DNA of 64,000 bases from Terriglobia bacterium (GTDB lineage: Bacteria > Acidobacteriota > Terriglobia > UBA7540), in contig JBJKPU010000132.1 in assembly GCA_046706005.1 (NCBI GenBank), positions 1 to 64,000 of the forward strand, written 5' to 3'. Shown piece by piece: positions 54,338 to 62,643 of the stretch. A program made the position numbers and the translations under genes. Each line of letters starts with the position of its first letter. Positions within the stretch are counted from its first letter, which is position 1. The notes under the pieces were generated by a model that saw only the letters and a program-made list of their open reading frames with translations, made no database searches and was not told where the DNA came from.

Positions 54338-55570
54338 ATGAGAATTTTCAACCGGCGGAATCTGATCCTGCTGCTGCTGCTCACGGCCGTCGTCATCGGG
54401 CTTTTCCTCTGGCGAGAGCTGGGTGAGTCGCCTCCGGTGGCGCGCGTGGCCCGCGCGGCTGCCGGCAATCTGGTGCAGACGTTTCGGACCAACGGAGTGG
54501 TTGAACCGAAGCTGTTCCGGGAAATTCGCGCCCAGTTTGCCGGCCGCGTCGTCAAGGTTCGAGTACGGGAAGGGGACCGCGTACGCGCGGGTGAGTCGCT
54601 GGCGCAGCTGGATGACCGTCAGGCCCGCGCAGCCGTCGCAAGTGCGCAAAGTGATTTGTCCAATGCTCTCCAAACGTTGGCGAAAATCCGCGCCCGGACG
54701 CCGCTGCGCCAGCTCGACGGAAAGATTAATGCAGCCAAAGTTGATTTGTCGGTGGCCCGGACGAACCTGAGACGCGACCGGAAGCTTGTAGCCCAAAAAG
54801 CCATTACCCAGGTTGAATTCGAGCAAACCCACGCGGCTTATGAGAAAGCGAGCGAACAACTGAAATCGCTTGAAGCCGAACGAAAGACACAGGCCAGGAG
54901 CGTCCAGCCTCTCGAAGAGCAGGCTGCGAAAGCCGGCGTAAAACAGGCGCGCGAGGCGCTGGATAACGCCGAAGCCCAACTGAGAGATACCAGTGTCCCC
55001 GCGCCCATTTCCGGTACCGTGCTCGTCAAGCCGCCTGATCCCGGCTCTTTGGTTAATGTCGGGGACCTGCTGGCTAAAATCGGCGACCTCTCGGAACTGC
55101 AGGTCAGAGCTTACATTGACCAGCCGGATTTTTCAGAGATCCATCTGGGTTCAAACGTTCATATAACCTCCACGGGATTCCCTGGACAGGCCTGGCAGGG
55201 GAAAATAAGCTGGATCTCCGCTGAACTTTCGACGATGGGAAAGCGGATTGTGGGGCAGGCTTTATGCTCGGTTGAGGGAAGTCGCGATCCCTTGCCCGTG
55301 AACTCCAATGTCGATTTGACCTTTACCAGCCGGGAAATGAAGGGCGTTCTGCTGGTTCCGGTGGATGCCGTCTACCAGACGGACAATCACAACAGCGTCT
55401 ATCTGGTAAAATCCGGCCGCCTTCACCAGCAAACTGTCCAGGTGGGTGCCAGCAATGCCGACTCGATTGTCATTCTCAACGGGCTCAAGAGCGGTGACGA
55501 TGTTCTGGATGACTTGGAGATTCAGCCCAAAAACGGCCTCCGGATTTCACCGCAATTGGTTCCGCAGTAA
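54338..55570 (+). CDS. HlyD/RND-type periplasmic adaptor (membrane fusion protein)
   Basis: TM anchor, long coiled coil, then beta-barrel/lipoyl segments. Starts 2 nt after the TolC stop. Confidence 0.8.
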   Translation: MRIFNRRNLILLLLLTAVVIGLFLWRELGESPPVARVARAAAGNLVQTFRTNGVVEPKLFREIRAQFAGRVVKVRVREGDRVRAGESLAQLDDRQARAAVASAQSDLSNALQTLAKIRARTPLRQLDGKINAAKVDLSVARTNLRRDRKLVAQKAITQVEFEQTHAAYEKASEQLKSLEAERKTQARSVQPLEEQAAKAGVKQAREALDNAEAQLRDTSVPAPISGTVLVKPPDPGSLVNVGDLLAKIGDLSELQVRAYIDQPDFSEIHLGSNVHITSTGFPGQAWQGKISWISAELSTMGKRIVGQALCSVEGSRDPLPVNSNVDLTFTSREMKGVLLVPVDAVYQTDNHNSVYLVKSGRLHQQTVQVGASNADSIVILNGLKSGDDVLDDLEIQPKNGLRISPQLVPQ

Positions 55571-55627
55571 GCTTCTGAGTAACCAGGAGATCGCACCTGG
55601 GCGGCAGAAATCCCTGAAATAGCCGAA

Positions 55628-57163
55628 TCAGTGCCCTCTGGAATAGTATTTCCTGATTGCCTCCGCCAGCCCCGCCATGGTTGATTTCCGCGCTTCCGCC
55701 GCAACGCGCAGTCCGGCGTTACGAATCGTTTCTGAAGTCACCGGCCCGATTGAAAATAATGCTGTCTTTCCTAGCCACCTGGTGCGACCTTTTGGAAAAA
55801 GCTTGAGAAAGTTCCTGACGGTCGACGAACTCGTGAAGGTAATGCCATCGGGAGGATCGTCCAGGAGCTGATTGCGTTCGGAGGTGGAAAGCCGGGGAGC
55901 AACGGTCCGGTAAGCTTCTACAATGGTGACTGAGGCGCCGCGGGCACGCAGAGTTTTGGGAAGCAGATCGCGGGCCACCTTGGCACGCGGAATGAGGAAT
56001 GATTTCCCGCGAAGGTTCCGGTGCTTGAGAGCTTCAATCAATCCTTCGGCCCGATATTCGCGCGGGACGAAATCGGCTTTGATTCCGGCTGCCGCGAGCT
56101 CGGCGGAAGTGCCGGGTCCGATGGCGCCGATGGTCAGGCCCTTCAGGTCTCGCACGTCGCGGCCCTTTGCCGCGAGCCGCTCCTGAAACTTTTTGACGCC
56201 ATTGGTCGAAGTGAACACAACAAAGTCGAACTCCTCGAGACTTCGAATTGCACCATCCAGTTTTGACCATGTTGACGGATTCCGAATCTCGATGACCGGG
56301 AGCTCGATCACCTCCGCGCCCAATTCCTCAAGGAGTCTCGAAAAATCCTCCGCCTGATTGCGGGCCCGCGTGACGGCTATCCGCCGGCCGAATAGCGGCA
56401 GATTTCTGCACCAATTGATCTCACGGTGCAGCCCGACGACCCGGCCAATGATGGCAAGGGCCGGCGGTTCAATTCCTTTGGCTCTGGCGGCGATCTCAGC
56501 CAGTGTTCCCGTGACGACTTGTTGTTGAGCGCGCGAACCCCATCGAATCACCGCTGCCGGAGTCCTTGCAGGCCGTCCGTGCCGGATCAAGGTCTTCGCG
56601 ATTTCAACCAGCCTTCGCGTTCCCATGAAGAGCACGAGCGTGCCCGAGTCGGACGCCAACCTGGCCCAATCGGGCCCGTTTATCGATCCCGTTCCTTCAT
56701 GCGCTGTCGCGAATGTTACGCTCGATGCAAGGCCGCGGTGCGTGACGGGAATGCCGGTGTAGGCGGGCGCGGCGATTCCCGAAGTCACTCCCGGGACGAC
56801 TTCGAATGGAACGCGAGCGCGGGCAAGTGCCAGTGCTTCTTCTCCGCCTCGGCCGAAGAGGAAGGAATCGCCGCCCTTGAGCCGGACCACAGTTTTGCCG
56901 GCACGGGCTTTGCGAATCAGCAGACGGTTGATTTCAGATTGCGGAAGCGTGGCTCGCCCTGCCCGCTTGCCCACACAGAGCGCCTCACAGCCGGCGGGAG
57001 CAAATCGCAGCAACGCCGGATTGGAAAGAAAATCGTAGACGACGGAATCGGCTCGCGCGAGGGCGGCCTTACCCTTGAGCGTCAAAAGGCCGGGATCGCC
57101 CGGCCCGGCGCCGACCAATAAGACTCTTCCTCTGGCGCGTTTCGGTTTTCTGCTCATGGACAA
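55628..57163 (-). CDS. cobA: uroporphyrinogen-III C-methyltransferase fused to uroporphyrinogen-III synthase (CobA/HemD)
   Basis: N-terminal [15 protein letters not shown] (SUMT). C-terminal HemD-like half. Confidence 0.85.
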   Translation of the reverse strand: MSMSRKPKRARGRVLLVGAGPGDPGLLTLKGKAALARADSVVYDFLSNPALLRFAPAGCEALCVGKRAGRATLPQSEINRLLIRKARAGKTVVRLKGGDSFLFGRGGEEALALARARVPFEVVPGVTSGIAAPAYTGIPVTHRGLASSVTFATAHEGTGSINGPDWARLASDSGTLVLFMGTRRLVEIAKTLIRHGRPARTPAAVIRWGSRAQQQVVTGTLAEIAARAKGIEPPALAIIGRVVGLHREINWCRNLPLFGRRIAVTRARNQAEDFSRLLEELGAEVIELPVIEIRNPSTWSKLDGAIRSLEEFDFVVFTSTNGVKKFQERLAAKGRDVRDLKGLTIGAIGPGTSAELAAAGIKADFVPREYRAEGLIEALKHRNLRGKSFLIPRAKVARDLLPKTLRARGASVTIVEAYRTVAPRLSTSERNQLLDDPPDGITFTSSSTVRNFLKLFPKGRTRWLGKTALFSIGPVTSETIRNAGLRVAAEARKSTMAGLAEAIRKYYSRGH

Positions 57164-57174
57164 TTATGAAAGAT

Positions 57175-58101
57175 TCACACAGCAGCCAGCAGCGCGTGCG
57201 CGCCCTGGCGGATCAAATCTTCGGCAACTGAAGAACCGAGCGCTTCCGGATTCTCAAATGGCCCGCTCGATTCAGCCCGAATAACGTGCAAGCCGTCGGG
57301 TGATGCAACGACACCGCGCAAATGGAGTTTGTCATCCTCAACCCGGGCGTGAGCCGCCAAAGGCAACTTGCATCCGCCGCCGAGCGCGCGAAGAACTGTC
57401 CGCTCGGCTCTCACGGCAAGTTGAGTGGCCTCGTGGTTGAGCGCGCCGGCAATACTCAAGGCGTCGCGGGAATTCCGGTGCGCTTCGATCGCGAGCGCGC
57501 CTTGTCCGACCGCCGGACACATTTCGGATTCAGAAAAGCGCTGCCCGATTCTCTCACCGAAACCCAGCCGGAGAAGCCCTGCCGCTGCAAGCACAATCGC
57601 CTGGTAATCACCGCGGTCGAGTTTTTTCAGACGCGTATCCACGTTCCCGCGGACCGGGACAATTTCAAGGTCCGGCCGCAGCGCCCGGATCTGCGAACTC
57701 CGCCGCAGGCTGCCGGTGCCCAGCCTCGCGCCGCGGGGAAGGTCGGAGAGTTTGCTCCAGTTTTTTGAAATCAAGACGTCGCGTGCATCTTCGCGTTCCG
57801 GGACCGCCGCGATCAACAGGCCTTCGGGCTGTTCGACGGGCAAGTCCTTCATGCTGTGGACAGCCAGATCAACTCGACCCTCCAGCAGCGCTTCTTCAAT
57901 TTCCTTGATAAAAACACCTTTCGTTCCGGACGCAGCCAGTGGGGCCTCAGGAAGCTTGTCCCCGGTGGTCTTGATAATCTCGATTCGAGCCTCGCACCCG
58001 AGTGCCGCCAGCCGTTGCCGGACCCAGTTTGCCTGCCAGAGCGCGAGACTGCTGCCGCGTGATCCGATGACCATGGTCCGCGAGTTTGAAATTGGCGACA
58101 T
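57175..58101 (-). CDS. hemC: hydroxymethylbilane synthase
   Basis: IGSRGSSLALWQA start typical of PBGD. Confidence 0.9.
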   Translation of the reverse strand: MSPISNSRTMVIGSRGSSLALWQANWVRQRLAALGCEARIEIIKTTGDKLPEAPLAASGTKGVFIKEIEEALLEGRVDLAVHSMKDLPVEQPEGLLIAAVPEREDARDVLISKNWSKLSDLPRGARLGTGSLRRSSQIRALRPDLEIVPVRGNVDTRLKKLDRGDYQAIVLAAAGLLRLGFGERIGQRFSESEMCPAVGQGALAIEAHRNSRDALSIAGALNHEATQLAVRAERTVLRALGGGCKLPLAAHARVEDDKLHLRGVVASPDGLHVIRAESSGPFENPEALGSSVAEDLIRQGAHALLAAV

Positions 58102-58173
58102 AGAATTCAGGCGGTCGAGAAAGTCAGCACTGCTACATGAGGCGGGCGAAAGCAGCCCTGGGCAGCGCCGCGC

Positions 58174-59439
58174 TCAATCGGCAAGGCGAAACATCTTTCG
58201 GACGAGCTGAACGAGAGAACCGTGCTCGGGCTGGCCGATCCCGTTCTTCAGTTCCACGATCGGGCCGTGCAGAATCTTGTTGAGAATGCCGCGCGTCAGA
58301 GCCTCGACTGTTTCGCGTTGCTCGGGGCCGAGATCCGAAAGACGGCCGCGATAGCGCACAAGTTCCGCCTGTCGAATCTGTTCCATCCGGTCTTCGAGCG
58401 CCAGAATCGTGGGCACCACTTCGCGCGAGGCGAGCCTGCGCAAAGTCTTCTCAACTTCTTCCTTGATGATTTCTTCCGCCCAGACAGCCTCGCGCTCGCG
58501 CAGTTTCTTGTTGGATTCCACCACGCGCCCGAGATCGTCCATGTCGTAAACGAAGGCATTTTCAAGATCGTTGACGGAAGGATCGACGTTTCGGGGAACG
58601 GCGATATCCACAAAAAACATCGGACGATTGCGCCGCGCGGCGAGCCACTTGACCACGTGCTCGCGCTGGATGACGAAGTGCGGGGCGGCGGTCGAAACGA
58701 TCAGGATGTCCGCCTTTTCCGCCTTCTCCAGGAGGTCGTCGAAACGGATTGCCGTCCCACCGAAAGCCTGCGCCAACTCCACCGCGCGCTCGAACGTCCG
58801 GTTGCTGACAAAGATAGCGCTGGCGCCGCTCCTGAGCAGATGTTTGGCGGCAATTTCGCTCATCTTGCCGGCGCCGATAATGAAGATGGTTTTGCCGTGA
58901 AGATTGCCGAAGATTTTCCTTGCCAGCTCGACGGCGGCATAAGAGACGGAGACCGCGGCGGTTCCGATGGAAGTTTCCCTGCGTACCCGCCGGGCGACGG
59001 CGAACGATTGAAGCACGATCTCATTGAGAGGGCCGTTGAGCGCTCCCACCGAATGGGCGACGTTATAGGCCTGTTTCAACTGGCCCAGGATCTGCGGCTC
59101 GCCCAGAATCATGGAATCCAGGCTGGATGCGACGCGAAACAGATGCTCAATCACCTCTTCCTGGCGCCTTTGATAGAAATGAGGTTCGTAGGGGGCGAGA
59201 TCGCAGTGGTGATGGGCAGCGAGAAACTGCCGGATGATGGGTTCCGCTGGAGCGTCTTCGTCCGAGTTCGCAAGCACTTCGACCCTGTTACAGGTTGAGA
59301 GGATCAGTCCCTCCTGGATGCCGTCGCGGGAGACAAAATCAGTCAGGGCCTCGGTCATCCGGGCTTCATCAATGTTCATCCGCTCCCGGACTTCGACCGG
59401 CGCCGTGCGATGATTGATTCCAAGCAGGGTTAGCTTCAT
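58174..59439 (-). CDS. hemA: glutamyl-tRNA reductase
   Basis: LSTCNRVE active-site motif and NADPH-binding GAGKMSE. Confidence 0.9.
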   Translation of the reverse strand: MKLTLLGINHRTAPVEVRERMNIDEARMTEALTDFVSRDGIQEGLILSTCNRVEVLANSDEDAPAEPIIRQFLAAHHHCDLAPYEPHFYQRRQEEVIEHLFRVASSLDSMILGEPQILGQLKQAYNVAHSVGALNGPLNEIVLQSFAVARRVRRETSIGTAAVSVSYAAVELARKIFGNLHGKTIFIIGAGKMSEIAAKHLLRSGASAIFVSNRTFERAVELAQAFGGTAIRFDDLLEKAEKADILIVSTAAPHFVIQREHVVKWLAARRNRPMFFVDIAVPRNVDPSVNDLENAFVYDMDDLGRVVESNKKLREREAVWAEEIIKEEVEKTLRRLASREVVPTILALEDRMEQIRQAELVRYRGRLSDLGPEQRETVEALTRGILNKILHGPIVELKNGIGQPEHGSLVQLVRKMFRLAD

Positions 59440-59511
59440 AACTCCGGCGTTCGCCGCCTGAACTCTATTTTGCTCGCGCCTTTAACCCCTCAATGTGACC
59501 GCCGTCACAAT

Positions 59512-60342
59512 TCATGGCATCTTGCCGAGTTTGGGAAAGTATCCGTGGAATCCGCTTACGAAACTGATGCCCAGAAAAGTCACCATCATAATGACAAAGC
59601 CGAAGATGGCCACGTAGGCCGACCGTCTGCCTGACCAATTACCAGTCAAACGCGCTGAAAACAGAAGTAGATAGATAACCCAAGTGATGAGGGCCGAAAG
59701 AATCTTCGGGTCAACCTGCCAGTCCCCGTGCCACGCGATGCTCGCCCAGACGAATCCCGTCAGGATTCCGGCCGTCAGGAGTGGAAACCCGAACATCAGC
59801 GACCGGCGATACAGGTCGTCGCACACCTCAAGAGGCGGAAGCCGATGGTAAAACGAGCCGGGATTCTTATGCTTGAGGTTCTTTTCCTGGATCAGGTACA
59901 TCACGGCCGCGACAAAAGTAAGGAAAAAACCTGCATAACCCAGCATGATGCAAGCAATGTGTATCACGACCCACGGGCTGGCGAGGCTGGGCGGTTCCAT
60001 GGTGCGACTTGGCTCAATGGCTGAAATCGTGGTCAGGAGGAACGCCAGCGGCAACATCAGAATTCCCAGCAAATTGATTCGATAGCGCAAATAGGCGAAA
60101 AAGAATGCCAACGTGGCCAAAAAGGCAAAAAAGGACAACGCACTTCTTACGTCGGAGACAGGGAACCGGCCCATTTCCACAGTGAATGCGACAATCGCCG
60201 CAGCATGTGAGAGCAGGCCAACCGCCAGGACGGCGAGCGCGGCCTTGGAGAGCAGTCGCCGACCGCGCAGCGCGCCCGGGATAGCCAGTAGTATCCCTGC
60301 GCCGTAGAGGGCTGCCGCGCTCCACAAAAAAACCAGATGCAT
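59512..60342 (-). CDS. cytochrome c assembly protein-like (CcsA/ResC family) membrane protein
   Basis: Eight TM helices. WGxxxWxWD-like tryptophan-rich segment (ASIAWHGDWQVDPK). Confidence 0.7.
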   Translation of the reverse strand: MHLVFLWSAAALYGAGILLAIPGALRGRRLLSKAALAVLAVGLLSHAAAIVAFTVEMGRFPVSDVRSALSFFAFLATLAFFFAYLRYRINLLGILMLPLAFLLTTISAIEPSRTMEPPSLASPWVVIHIACIMLGYAGFFLTFVAAVMYLIQEKNLKHKNPGSFYHRLPPLEVCDDLYRRSLMFGFPLLTAGILTGFVWASIAWHGDWQVDPKILSALITWVIYLLLFSARLTGNWSGRRSAYVAIFGFVIMMVTFLGISFVSGFHGYFPKLGKMP

Positions 60343-60570
60343 GATGGCCTCAAGCAGGCAAAGTCGCTGACCTTAGAATTATAGCACCGCCGAAAGCCCG
60401 TCGAAGCCGCTCGGAGCGAGCCAAACCCGTTTTTCTGCGAAGCGGGAGAGCAGTGCTGCGGCCAGCCACCGGGCTACGCCCTTTCCAAAAACGAAAGGCG
60501 CGGATCCTTGGGGGCAAGGGGACCGCGCCTCTTGTTTCGCTCCACCCTGGAGCGGGGGTAAACTTGAGCA

Positions 60571-62313
60571 TCAGGCAGCGCACTCACCGCGGCCCAGCTT
60601 CAGCGAATACGTTTCCGTATCGCCCCAATCCACGAACAAGTCTTCTGCCGCAGTCGTCACGTCGAGTACAGGTTTCAGACGCTGGATCACCGCGCTGTTT
60701 GAAGTGCGCAGCGCCCAGCTTTGGAACGATTCGAGCGCATCGCGGTCTTGCCGGTAAAATTCGATCAGCTCGCGTAAGGCTTGCGGAATGCGCCTGGCGG
60801 GCACGGTGGTCACCTGGCGTCCGAAACGGACCCCGTCGGACGAGACTTGGCCGGCCAGCATGAGCTGATAGTATGGCACCTGCTTATTGCCGACCTTCCG
60901 CGCGTTGCCATAGAGCCCGATGTCCGCAATATGATGGTGCCCGCAGGAATTCGGGCAGCCGCTGATCTTGATTCGAATCTTGCGTACCTCAGCGTCGCTG
61001 TCGTGGGCGAATTCATCCGCAAGGACCTCAGCGAGTGTCAGCGATCGCGTGATGCCCAGGTTGCAGGTGGTCGCTCCTGGGCAGCCCGTCACGTCGGCGA
61101 TGGTGCGAGCGCCGGGGGTGACGAGATCCACCGCTTTCAGGTCCTTGAAAAGCTCCTTGGCGCGATGCGTCGGCACCCAGGGGATAACCAGATCCTGAGA
61201 GATGGCGATGCGCGCCGCGGGGAGCTGATGCTTTTCCAGCACATCGGCAAGGCCGAAGAATTGCGCCGAGGAGACGTTTCCGGCGCGAAGCTTGAGCCAC
61301 ACGATGGAATAACCGCTCTGCCGCTGCGGCTGAAGGTTGTGCGCAGCCCAGTCGTCGTATTCCGAATGATGACCGTTTCCGTTCGGCGCAGGCGGCCCGA
61401 TCTTCACCAATGGCGCGGCGAGCGGGCTGGGAACCTGCATGGATTCGGGCGGAGTTGTGACCTCAGATCGCTTTTCCTCGACCAGCCGGCGGAATTCCTC
61501 AATCCCTTTGGCTCGCAGAATGAATTTCATTCTCGCCTTGAGCTTGTTCTTGTAGTTTCCATGCTCCTTGAACACGCGGAGGATCGCTTCAACGGTCGGA
61601 ATCAGCTCTTCCTCCGGCAGGAATTCCGTCAGCGTGGCGGCTTCGGTGGGCAGACTGCCGAGTCCGCCGCCCACAAGCACCTTAAAGCCCCGCCGCGAAG
61701 TACCGTTATTGCCGCGAATGCGCGCGATCAATCCGACGTCGTGGATTCCGGCTACTGAGCAGTTGCCGTCGTCCTCGCAGCCCGAGAACGCGATCTTGAA
61801 TTTGCGCGCCATTTCGTGGAAATCGGGATGCCGCAGGAAAAAGCGCGTCGTGGCGAGCGCATACGGCGTCACGTCAAACGCTTCGCCGGCGCAAATGCCC
61901 GCCAGCGGGCAGGAAGTGATGTTGCGAATGGTGTTGCCGCAAGCCTCGCGCGTCGTCAGGTCAACTTCGGCGACGATTCTCATGATCGTCGGGACATTCG
62001 CCATGTTTACAAAATGGAACTGGATGTTCTCGCGCGTCGTGACATGCCCGCGCTTCGTGGCGTATCGCTCGCCGATTTCGCCCATCACGCGCAATTGCGG
62101 CGGCGTAAGGATTCCGGAAGGAACCTTCACGCGGACCATCTGGTAGCCCGGCTGCCTTTGCCCGTAAATGCCGTGCTTCAGGCGAAAGCTGCGCAGATCG
62201 TCTTCGCTGATCTCGCCACGGCGCAGTTGGCCGATTTTCTCCTCAAAAACCGCAATCTCATCCGCAATAGCCTCGGACGTGTGCCGGGCCTCGACTTCCG
62301 CAGTCAGCATCAT
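60571..62313 (-). CDS. ferredoxin-type sulfite (or nitrite) reductase hemoprotein, siroheme/[4Fe-4S]
   Basis: Duplicated NiR/SiR half-domains. Cys cluster TGCPGATTCNLG...SGCPNSCGHHH. The adjacent cobA and the Cys-codon leader favour sulfite reductase. Confidence 0.8.
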   Translation of the reverse strand: MMLTAEVEARHTSEAIADEIAVFEEKIGQLRRGEISEDDLRSFRLKHGIYGQRQPGYQMVRVKVPSGILTPPQLRVMGEIGERYATKRGHVTTRENIQFHFVNMANVPTIMRIVAEVDLTTREACGNTIRNITSCPLAGICAGEAFDVTPYALATTRFFLRHPDFHEMARKFKIAFSGCEDDGNCSVAGIHDVGLIARIRGNNGTSRRGFKVLVGGGLGSLPTEAATLTEFLPEEELIPTVEAILRVFKEHGNYKNKLKARMKFILRAKGIEEFRRLVEEKRSEVTTPPESMQVPSPLAAPLVKIGPPAPNGNGHHSEYDDWAAHNLQPQRQSGYSIVWLKLRAGNVSSAQFFGLADVLEKHQLPAARIAISQDLVIPWVPTHRAKELFKDLKAVDLVTPGARTIADVTGCPGATTCNLGITRSLTLAEVLADEFAHDSDAEVRKIRIKISGCPNSCGHHHIADIGLYGNARKVGNKQVPYYQLMLAGQVSSDGVRFGRQVTTVPARRIPQALRELIEFYRQDRDALESFQSWALRTSNSAVIQRLKPVLDVTTAAEDLFVDWGDTETYSLKLGRGECAA

Positions 62314-62325
62314 TTCACCCCGAAA

Positions 62326-62364
62326 ATAAAAAACCCACCACCGAACTTTTGGTCCGATGGTGGG
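62326..62364 (-). terminator. intrinsic-terminator-like hairpin + U-tract in the 5' leader of the sulfite reductase gene (attenuator)
   Basis: Minus-strand RNA: CCCACCAUCGG-ACCAAAAGUU-CGGUGGUGGG followed by UUUUUUAUUUUC, then GGGGUGAA-AUG. There is no upstream same-strand gene to terminate. Confidence 0.6.
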
Positions 62365-62391
62365 CTTTCGATTAGAACCGCTGAATCTTAA

Positions 62392-62478
62392 TTACTGATT
62401 AAGGGTCATCGTCCCACACACCGGCGCCTTGGGACAGCAACAACACATGCATCCGGTGTGGTGGAAAAGACGATCCAT
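62392..62478 (-). CDS. candidate Cys-rich leader peptide MDRLFHHTGCMCCCCPKAPVCGTMTLNQ (28 aa)
   Basis: Minus-strand ORF ATG GAT CGT CTT TTC CAC CAC ACC GGA TGC ATG TGT TGT TGC TGT CCC AAG GCG CCG GTG TGT GGG ACG ATG ACC CTT AAT CAG TAA. Six Cys codons, four consecutive. Weak SD. Confidence 0.5.
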   Translation of the reverse strand: MDRLFHHTGCMCCCCPKAPVCGTMTLNQ

Positions 62479-62643
62479 AACCAGGACAAAAGTGTACAGA
62501 TACTCTGCGGCCTTTGTAAAGGGAAAAATTCCACCACCGAGTCCATCTGAGATTTGCGACCTGGAGGGTTCATAGACAGCTTGGGTTGGCCTTGCCGCAA
62601 TGGTATCTTATTTCGGCTCTGAACCGCCTTTGAGGAGGACTGC

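Noticed and set aside
54161-54979. 272-aa minus ORF
   Set aside because: Antisense across the tolC/hlyD junction.
56426-57121. 231-aa + ORF
   Set aside because: Antisense of cobA/hemD.
58222-59298. 358-aa + ORF
   Set aside because: Antisense of hemA, which has the LSTCNRVE active-site motif.
60781-62391. + strand ORFs 60781..61758, 61568..62146, 61816..62391
   Set aside because: Antisense of the sulfite reductase gene.
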